From the NCBI GenBank assembly GCA_036005325.1, contig DASYQR010000083.1, forward strand, positions 1-53,929: 53,929 bases of DNA, in the 5' to 3' direction. Source of the DNA: Nitrospirales bacterium (GTDB lineage Bacteria; Nitrospirota; Nitrospiria; Nitrospirales; NS-4). The notes beneath the pieces were generated by a model, which worked only from the letters and a program-made list of their open reading frames with translations, did not search any database and was not told the DNA's origin. The translations under genes were made by a program, and so were the position numbers. Below are positions 45,956 to 53,929 of this stretch, one piece after another (the first letter of the stretch is position 1; each line of letters starts with the position of its first letter).

Positions 45956-46090
45956 ATGGCGCCCTGGTTAAAAACGGAATCGAGTGATGAGAAAGAAGCC
46001 CGGGGATTTCCGTTGCTGGAAATGATGATCGTGTTGGCCTGTATCGGCATCCTCGTAACCATTGCCATCCAGAAATTCCTGGCATACTAG
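45956..46090 (+). CDS. 44-aa prepilin-type mini-ORF (leader + N-terminal methylation/helix motif only); minimal pilin or truncated pilin remnant
   Basis: Manual translation: MAPWLKTESSDEKEARG|FPLLEMMIVLACIGILVTIAIQKFLAY*. The motif G-F-x-L-L-E (Glu at +5) followed by a hydrophobic helix matches the type IV pilin class III signal. A strong SD (AAAGGAGGA) sits 7 nt upstream. Too short for the ORF track. Confidence 0.55.
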   Translation: MAPWLKTESSDEKEARGFPLLEMMIVLACIGILVTIAIQKFLAY

Positions 46091-46177
46091 ACAAAGGCCA
46101 TCGAGTGATCCCTTGTCAGCAGCGTGACACCTGTGATAGCATGCGCCTTCAATTCGCAATCAGGAGGAACTGCTACC

Positions 46178-46369
46178 GTGGCCAGGACATGTGAGATCTG
46201 CGGGAAGACGCGGGCCGTCGGCAACAACGTCAGCCACGCCAACAATCGGACCAAGCGGGTCTTCCGCCCCAACCTTCAAGCGATCAGGGCGCTTATCAAC
46301 GGCGCGACCCGGCGCATCCTCATCTGTACCCGTTGCCTCCGCAGCGGGAAAATCAAGAAGGCAGTCTAA
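46178..46369 (+). CDS. rpmB: 50S ribosomal protein L28
   Basis: (V)[33 protein letters not shown]... Start placed at GTG 46178, which is preceded by a GGAGGA SD. The ORF-track start at 46124 adds 18 non-conserved residues. Confidence 0.9.
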   Translation: MARTCEICGKTRAVGNNVSHANNRTKRVFRPNLQAIRALINGATRRILICTRCLRSGKIKKAV

Positions 46370-46488
46370 AGCAAAAAGTACGCTGCCCCGCCTGCAACCA
46401 GGATCAGCCCCACTACCAGCATCATCTTCTCATGCGTGCACATGCCCGGCTTCTGAGTGCATGCCTGCATCGAACACATAATCGCCAT
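46366..46488 (-). CDS. 40-aa Cys/Met/His-rich peptide with C-terminal TM helix (hypothetical)
   Basis: Manual translation: [40 protein letters not shown]. The SD AAGGAGGT sits 6-7 nt upstream of ATG 46488. Its stop overlaps the rpmB stop codon (convergent). Too short for the ORF track. Confidence 0.45.
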   Translation of the reverse strand: MAIMCSMQACTQKPGMCTHEKMMLVVGLILVAGGAAYFLL

Positions 46489-46799
46489 GGCGACACCTCC
46501 TTGGCATTGATCTGCCCCCGAAGGTAGTACCGCCTGCAAGGCGAGTCAAGCCCATGGCGGTTGCGGGTAAGGCGCACGCTCCGGTCAGGCGACAAGCAAA
46601 GGACTTGGACGAGTTAAGATGGGGCATATCCAGAGTTTTAGGCTTTTCCCTACAATCCCAAGCCCTTGAAAATTCAAAAAATGCCTCCAATAAAGGTAAA
46701 AACCCTGAATTCGATTCCCTTCAGATAGTCAGGCTGGCGCTGCCACATCCAGTTGCCCGAATACTATAACCTGTTAGAACTTTGGACATTTCATAATCG

Positions 46800-46815
46800 T
46801 GGTACGCCCCTTGCT
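46800..46815 (+). promoter_or_regulatory. Candidate sigma54 (-24/-12) promoter upstream of the PilZ-domain gene
   Basis: TGGTACGCCCCTTGCT matches TGGCACG-N4-TTGCW with exact spacing. It has the same TGGTAC -24 element as the 45886 site and lies about 77 nt upstream of ATG 46892. Confidence 0.5.
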
Positions 46816-46891
46816 CACATCAGGAAGCACCTTATTCTAAACCGGACTGATTTACACGTACTCATCGGAAGAATTGAAGAATTAGGGAGGA

Positions 46892-47332
46892 ATGAAAATG
46901 GAAACGTTAGACCTGCCGAGCAAGTCTGTCGGGACGAGAGTCAGCGAACGCCGGAAGACAAGACGTTACCGTCTCATGACGCACGTTGATATTTTGGCAG
47001 CCGGCGACGCTGGCGTCTATTGCGGGCGGGGTTGCTTTGATATTCTGGCAGCCGGCGACGCTGGCGTCTATTGGGGGAGCATGAGGAACATGAGTTGGAC
47101 CGGGGTTGCTCTCTGCGCCCGACAGCTTCTGAAATCAGGCCAGCGGGTCATCATCCGCTTTCGGTTCCATGATGAGGAAGGACGCGAGGAGGCGGAGTCG
47201 CTGGCCTCGAAGGTCATCTGGCGGAACGGCGACAACGTGGGGCTGGAATTCGAACCACCGCTGACGCCCGGTTCCCCTGCTCTGCAGCAGTCGCCGTTTC
47301 TTGTCGCTCATCTCATGATGAAAGATGCATGA
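46892..47332 (+). CDS. PilZ-domain (c-di-GMP receptor-type) protein
   Basis: 146 aa with the RxxxR motif (ERRKTRRYRL) and the D/NxSxxG motif (RNMSWTGVAL), then GQRVIIRF...KVIWRNGDNVGLEF. A GGGAGG SD is present. The start may be the second ATG at 46898. Confidence 0.8.
   Translation: MKMETLDLPSKSVGTRVSERRKTRRYRLMTHVDILAAGDAGVYCGRGCFDILAAGDAGVYWGSMRNMSWTGVALCARQLLKSGQRVIIRFRFHDEEGREEAESLASKVIWRNGDNVGLEFEPPLTPGSPALQQSPFLVAHLMMKDA
46988..47073 (+). repeat. In-frame tandem direct repeat (51-nt period, 35-nt core, 34/35 identical) inside the PilZ gene
   Basis: GATATTTTGGCAGCCGGCGACGCTGGCGTCTATTG (46988..47022) versus GATATTCTGGCAGCCGGCGACGCTGGCGTCTATTG (47039..47073). These encode DILAAGDAGVYCGRGCF / DILAAGDAGVYWG. 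Confidence 0.95.
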
Positions 47333-47516
47333 ACCCGCGGCCCTCGATTTGGAAAGGCGTAATAAATTAAATCACGAGTATATAAATCTGTATTTCCAAT
47401 AATTTACTATGCGTCCGATGGAGGACGCGCTTCGGGATGGGTTTCAGGGGGCAGGTCACTGCGCTTGCGTTTGAGCAGAGTCTTCAGTTAATTACTGGAT
47501 GTAGAGGCAAGCCCCC

Positions 47517-48197
47517 GTGGACAAAAAAGCCAAAGAACCCTTTCACTTTGTCGGCTGTGCAGAACTCCAGCAGAGCTTGGGGGATCGGGCCAACGACGAA
47601 AAGCAATTGCTGGAGGTCATGGAGCAGGTCCCGCCCGACTCCGTGTACTATCATACTCACAGTTACTTCCTGAGACGCCGCTACATCCCGACGCCATACA
47701 CCAATGATTTTGCCGATTGGGCGGGCCTGGAGGTTCGCGATCAGGTCCTCGCTGAGAAGCTTGCGGTTGTGGACCCTTATGACTTCCAAGGATTGGAAGC
47801 GCTGAGGGACGAGCTCATCTCAATCATAGACGCGCATCTGTCCGGCATGGCGTTGGTTCCGAGGGTAATTTTTGGCGAGCCATTCTACTTTAAGCAATCC
47901 AGAATCGTTCCAGTCCATACAGGCTTGGCTGTTTCAAACCTTCAAGAATTTCGCGACGCGCTCGCGGAAATTGACGTCAGTGCCATCTACTATCATCTGT
48001 TTGAGGGAAGAATGCGCCTCAATCGTCGAGAAGGCGATTTCTCGGTGTGGTGCCGGGAAGCCTTGCAATGGCCGGAACTGGCGGACCGCCTTGGCGCCGT
48101 CAATCCTTATCTGGGAAGCCTCGAACGGATCCGCTCGCGGCTTCTCATCGTCCTGGATGAATTTCTTAGGAAAGAAGAGTCAGCGGCGCAGCCGTGA
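47517..48197 (+). CDS. Conserved-looking hypothetical protein, first gene of the GlgE-pathway operon
   Basis: 226-aa ORF with a GTG start and coding-like composition. Its stop overlaps the glgE GTG start (GTGA). I cannot assign a family with confidence. Confidence 0.6.
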   Translation: MDKKAKEPFHFVGCAELQQSLGDRANDEKQLLEVMEQVPPDSVYYHTHSYFLRRRYIPTPYTNDFADWAGLEVRDQVLAEKLAVVDPYDFQGLEALRDELISIIDAHLSGMALVPRVIFGEPFYFKQSRIVPVHTGLAVSNLQEFRDALAEIDVSAIYYHLFEGRMRLNRREGDFSVWCREALQWPELADRLGAVNPYLGSLERIRSRLLIVLDEFLRKEESAAQP

Positions 48198-50185
48198 TTG
48201 ACAAGAAAGACAGAAAACGGGCCGTCATCGAGGCCGTGTTCCCCGAAATCGACGGCGGCCGGTTTCCCATTAAGCGCACCGTCGGGGACAAGGTGTGGGT
48301 GGAGGCTGATATTTTCGCGGACGGGCATGAAGCCCTCTCGGCAGCGCTGTTGTTCCGTAAGGAGGACGCCTCCGGGTGGAAAGAGACCCCGATGGAGCCT
48401 CTCGTCAATGATCGCTGGCGAGGGGCGTTTGAAGTTGATCAACTCGGCCAGTATCACTACAGCCTCCTCGCCTGGCTGGATCGGTTCAAGGCCTGGCGAC
48501 GCGACCTGGCGAAAAAGGTGGACGCCAATCAAGACGTCTCCCTCGACTTGCGCTCCGGAGCGGAATTGCTTCATGCAACGAGTCAGCGTGCTTCCAGTGA
48601 AGATGCGAAGTCCCTTGAAGGCTGGGCCGCTTTTGTGCGCTCCGAAAGACCGCAAGCAAGTCGTGTTGCCCTTGCCGTGAGCGAGGAAGTTCACGCTGTG
48701 ATGGCGCGCTATCCTGACCGCCGGTTCGCCACTCGCTACCCCCACGATCTCGTCGTGATCGTGGATCGAGCCAAGGCGCGTTTTAGCGCCTGGTACGAAA
48801 TGTTCCCGCGATCCTGCGCGACGGAGCCAGGGCGACACGCGACCTTCAAAGACTGCGAGGCGCGTCTTTCCTACATTGCATCAATGGGATTTGATGTCCT
48901 GTACTTGCCGCCTATTCATCCGATCGGCAAAACTCATCGGAAGGGCAAAAATAACTCACCCAAGAGTAGTGCGGACGATCCGGGGAGTCCATGGGCCATT
49001 GGGTCGACGGAGGGAGGACATAAGGCGGTCCATCCCCATCTGGGTACGTTGGACGACTATCGCTGGTTCATGAAACAGGCACAGGAACATGGTCTCGAAC
49101 TCGCCATGGACCTCGCTTTTCAATGCTCGCCCGATCATCCGAACGTCAAGACCCACCCTGAGTGGTTCCGATGGCGTCCCGATGGAACGGTGCAATATGC
49201 GGAAAATCCGCCGAAGAAGTACGAAGACATCTATCCACTGGAGTTCGAGACAGACCAGTGGTCCGAACTGTGGGAGGAACTCAAGAGCGTCGTCCTGTTT
49301 TGGGCTGACCAGGGGGTGCGAATCTTTCGTGTCGATAACCCGCACACTAAACCCCTTCGTTTTTGGGAATGGATGATTGCCGAAACAAAGAAGATCTACC
49401 CGGAACTCATCTTCCTGTCCGAGGCGTTTACCCGGCCGAAGGTCATGCACTATCTCACCAAGGTCGGCTTCACGCAATCCTATACCTACTTTGCCTGGCG
49501 TAACACCAATTGGGAGCTCACCGAGTACTTTACCGAGCTCACACGTCCGGCGGTGCGCGAGTATTTTCGGGCGAACCTATGGCCTAACACGCCGGACATC
49601 CTGACCGAGTATCTTCAACACGGCGGCCGGCCCGCCTTCATGACACGGTTGCTCTTGGCCTCCACTCTCGGCGCAAACTATGGCATCTACGGACCGGCAT
49701 TTGAACTCTGCGAAAATCGTGCGCGGCAACCCGGGAGTGAAGAGTACCTGGATTCCGAGAAATATGAGATCAAGCAATGGGAGCTGACCAAACCCGAGAG
49801 CCTGCACGACCTGATCGCCCTAGTCAACCGAATCCGTCGCGATAATCCGGCCCTTCAGCACGACTGGAGCTTGCAATTTCATCGTGTCGATAACGACCAA
49901 CTGCTTTGCTATAGCAAGCATACCGAGGATCTGACTAATATCATACTGGTCGTCGTCAACCTTGACCCGCATCACATCCATGCGGGATGGGTCGAGCTGC
50001 CATTGGAGAAGCTCGGGCTTCCGGCGCAGGAGCCCTATCAAGTGCATGACTTATTGAGTGGCGCCCGCTACCTCTGGCACGGCCCTCGAAACTATGTGGA
50101 ACTGAATCCCCTCGTCATTCCCGGCCATATCCTGAGAGTGCGCCGGCGCATCCGTAGCGAGCAGGACTTTGAATACTACTTATGA
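48194..50185 (+). CDS. glgE: Alpha-1,4-glucan:maltose-1-phosphate maltosyltransferase GlgE
   Basis: 663 aa with the GlgE-type N-terminus (IEAVFPEIDGGRFPIKRTVGDKVWVEADIFADGHE) and a GH13 catalytic core (GFDVLYLPPIHPIG, IFRVDNPHTKP). Confidence 0.9.
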   Translation: MIDKKDRKRAVIEAVFPEIDGGRFPIKRTVGDKVWVEADIFADGHEALSAALLFRKEDASGWKETPMEPLVNDRWRGAFEVDQLGQYHYSLLAWLDRFKAWRRDLAKKVDANQDVSLDLRSGAELLHATSQRASSEDAKSLEGWAAFVRSERPQASRVALAVSEEVHAVMARYPDRRFATRYPHDLVVIVDRAKARFSAWYEMFPRSCATEPGRHATFKDCEARLSYIASMGFDVLYLPPIHPIGKTHRKGKNNSPKSSADDPGSPWAIGSTEGGHKAVHPHLGTLDDYRWFMKQAQEHGLELAMDLAFQCSPDHPNVKTHPEWFRWRPDGTVQYAENPPKKYEDIYPLEFETDQWSELWEELKSVVLFWADQGVRIFRVDNPHTKPLRFWEWMIAETKKIYPELIFLSEAFTRPKVMHYLTKVGFTQSYTYFAWRNTNWELTEYFTELTRPAVREYFRANLWPNTPDILTEYLQHGGRPAFMTRLLLASTLGANYGIYGPAFELCENRARQPGSEEYLDSEKYEIKQWELTKPESLHDLIALVNRIRRDNPALQHDWSLQFHRVDNDQLLCYSKHTEDLTNIILVVVNLDPHHIHAGWVELPLEKLGLPAQEPYQVHDLLSGARYLWHGPRNYVELNPLVIPGHILRVRRRIRSEQDFEYYL

Positions 50186-50204
50186 GATTGGATGCAGGTG
50201 AGCC

Positions 50205-52102
50205 ATGACTCTACTCAGCGATAAAGACATCTACCTCTTCAATGAGGGCACGCATTTCCATCTCTATGAGCGGCTGGGGGCTCATCCCGGAATTCTGGAT
50301 GGCGTGCAGGGAACCCATTTCGCCGTGTGGGCACCGAACGCCGAGCAAGTTTCGGTGATGGGCGACTTCAACGGATGGAGCAAAACGAAGCATCTCTTGC
50401 ATCTGGACGGCGCTTCTGGAATCTGGGAAGGGTTTCTCCGGGGGGTTGGGAAAGGAGCCCATTATAAGTACCACATCGTCTCGCGCTACAACGGGTATAC
50501 GGCAGACAAGGCTGATCCTTTTGCGTTCTACGCCGAACACCCTCCTCTGACTGCCTCCGTCGTATGGGACGTGGACTACCAATGGGGCGATCTCGATTGG
50601 ATGGCCGCCCGACATGGCACGAGCCGGCTGGAATCACCGATTTCGATTTACGAGCTGCATTTGGGCTCTTGGAGGTGCGTGCCGGAAGAAGGCGGGCGTT
50701 TCCTGACATACCGCGAGTTGGCCCCGCAATTAGCCGCCTATCTTCAGCAGATGGGTTTTACGCATGTCGAATTCATGCCGGTGATGGAGCATCCCTTCTA
50801 TGGGTCCTGGGGCTACCAGATCACGGGGTTCTTCGCACCGACCAGTCGCTACGGCAGCCCCCAGGATTTCATGTACCTGATAGACTATCTGCACCAGCAC
50901 GGGATCGGGGTGATTCTGGATTGGGTCCCGTCACACTTTCCGACGGACGGTCACGGTCTCGCTTATTTTGACGGCACGCACCTTTATGAGCACGCCGATC
51001 CACGAAAAGGATTGCAGCAGGACTGGGGCAGCTTCATCTTTAATTACAGCCGGCACGAAGTGCGGAGCTTCTTGATCAGCAATGCGCTCTTCTGGCTGGA
51101 CAAATACCATGTTGACGGCCTGCGTATGGACGCGGTCGCGTCGATGCTCTATCTGGATTATTCCCGTCGGGAAGGCGAATGGATTCCGAACGAGTTCGGC
51201 GGCCGGGAGAACCTCGAGGCACTGGTATTCTTGCGCCGGCTCAACGAGGAAATTTACCTCCGCCACCCGGATGTCCAAACCATCGCGGAGGAATCCACCG
51301 CCTGGCCTATGGTCTCCCGTCCGGTCTATGTCGGGGGACTGGGCTTCGGCCTCAAATGGGATATGGGGTGGATGCATGACATCTTGACTTACATGGCTAA
51401 GGACCCCTTGTTCCGGCGCTATGAGCATCATGCCCTCACCTTTCGGATGGTCTATGCCTTTTCGGAGCATTTCGTCTTGCCCTTCTCCCATGATGAAGTG
51501 GTGTACGGCAAAGGGTCGCTCTTGGGAAAGATGCCCGGCGATGACTGGCAGAAGTTTGCCAACTTGCGTTTGCTTTACGGCTACATGTACGCGCAGCCCG
51601 GGAAGAAACTCCTCTTTATGGGCGGAGAGTTCGGACAGTGGCATGAATGGAATCACGACCGCAGCCTCGATTGGCATTTGCTCGAGTCTGCGCCGCATCG
51701 GCTGCTCCAACGGTGGGTGGAAGATCTGAACCAACTGTACCGAAAGGAACCTGCCCTTCATGTCTATGACTGCGACCCGGCGGGATTTGAATGGATCGAC
51801 TGCAGCGACCCCGAGCAGAGTGTGATCAGCCTGCTGCGCAAAGGACCGGATCCCCAGGATGCCGTGCTGGTCGTCTGCAACTTTACGCCGGTGCCGCGCC
51901 CCAACTATCGGGTCGGCGTCCCATGCGGAGGATTCTGGCGAGAGCTGCTCAATAGCGACGCCAAAGAATATGGCGGCAGCGGGCATGGCAACCTGGGAGG
52001 CCTTGAGGCCGCGCCTCTTGCGTTTCACGGCCGACCCCATGCCCTGACAATGATGCTGCCGCCCCTGGCCATCGCGTTCTTCAAGTCTCCAGAGCGTGCC
52101 AC

Positions 52103-52106
<4 letters not shown>
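50205..52106 (+). CDS. glgB: 1,4-alpha-glucan branching enzyme GlgB
   Basis: 633 aa with HFAVWAPNA (CBM48), [29 protein letters not shown] and AEESTAWP. Confidence 0.95.
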
Positions 52107-53785
<1,679 letters not shown>

Positions 53786-53804
53786 TATCCAGGGGGATCT
53801 CGAG

Positions 53805-53929
53805 GTGAGCGCCTTATCGCGGGCGCTGCCCGACGTTGTGGGCGCAATTGACCCCGAGTACCTGAGACGGCAACGCTGGTTTGGAAGCAAGGGGAAGCCT
53901 ATCAGCGCGCTCCGCCTCAAGGAGCATGC
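53805..53929 (+). CDS. Maltokinase (Pep2/Mak)-like protein, N-terminal fragment (runs off the right edge)
   Basis: Manual translation from GTG 53805: VSALSRALPDVVGAIDPEYLRRQRWFGSKGKPISALRLKEH... The RWFGxKG motif is typical of the N-terminus of TreS-associated maltokinases. A GGGGGA SD sits upstream. Confidence 0.55.
   Translation, partial: MSALSRALPDVVGAIDPEYLRRQRWFGSKGKPISALRLKEH

Noticed and set aside
45859-46068. 69-aa minus-strand ORF overlapping the mini-pilin ORF
   Set aside because: It has no SD and no motif. The plus strand carries a strong SD and a recognisable prepilin signature in the same interval.
46490-46700. Possible structured ncRNA (SRP-like GGTCAGG...AAGCA string) in the non-coding stretch upstream of the 40-aa ORF
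   Set aside because: It lacks the GNRA tetraloop and the symmetric-loop pairing of SRP helix 8. I could not fold any other convincing conserved structure by eye, so it is probably just the promoter and leader of the small ORF.
47440-47475. Possible sigma54 element (GGCAGGTCACTGCGCTTGCG region) upstream of the glgE operon
   Set aside because: Every GG...GC register is off by one nucleotide from the required GG-N10-GC spacing.

Overview
GC-rich chromosomal segment from a diderm bacterium, shown by LptD and a full Tol-Pal cluster. The gene content (many soluble c-type cytochromes, Moco biosynthesis, a GlgE alpha-glucan pathway) fits a Nitrospira-like lithotroph, but that taxonomic guess is inference only. 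Most of the window is densely packed core genes, mainly on the minus strand and often with 4-nt start/stop overlaps. In order these are: recN, trxA, cytochrome c, lptD, folC, accD, and a cyclic-nucleotide signalling trio (class-II-like PDE, TPR/cNMP-binding protein, PP2C). Next come a NicO-type metal permease coupled to moaA, a moaD-moaE fusion, moaC, a FolB-methyltransferase fusion, a MEMO-like protein, a gamma-CA-like protein, a HAD hydrolase, a signal-less BtuF-like protein coupled to a squalene/phytoene synthase, and three tandem monoheme cytochrome c paralogs. These are followed by cdd, rodZ, a TPR lipoprotein, a PfkB kinase, mtnP, miaA, mutL, two CpoB/YbgF paralogs, pal, tolB, tolA-like, tolR, tolQ, tRNA-Asp, tRNA-Val, xerD and a 1-Cys peroxiredoxin. 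The right half holds two tandem class II tRNA nucleotidyltransferase paralogs (one with a DHH-DHHA1-CBS extension), a B12-radical SAM enzyme, msrB, a REC/4-Cys response regulator, a Ppx/GppA phosphatase, recG and rpmB. The window ends with a GlgE-pathway operon (unknown gene, glgE, glgB, treS, 5' end of a maltokinase). No CRISPR array, transposase, prophage or recognisable defence system was seen. The most unusual stretch is a visibly more A/T-rich patch at about 45.7-47.5 kb between recG and the glgE operon. It carries two well-spaced sigma54-type -24/-12 elements, a 44-aa ORF that is only a prepilin leader plus N-terminal pilin helix, and a 40-aa Cys/Met-rich membrane peptide convergent on rpmB. 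It also holds a PilZ-domain gene with an in-frame 51-nt-period tandem duplication. The two small ORFs are below the ORF-track size cut-off and were found by manual translation. All functional calls rest on motif recognition by eye; no searches were run.
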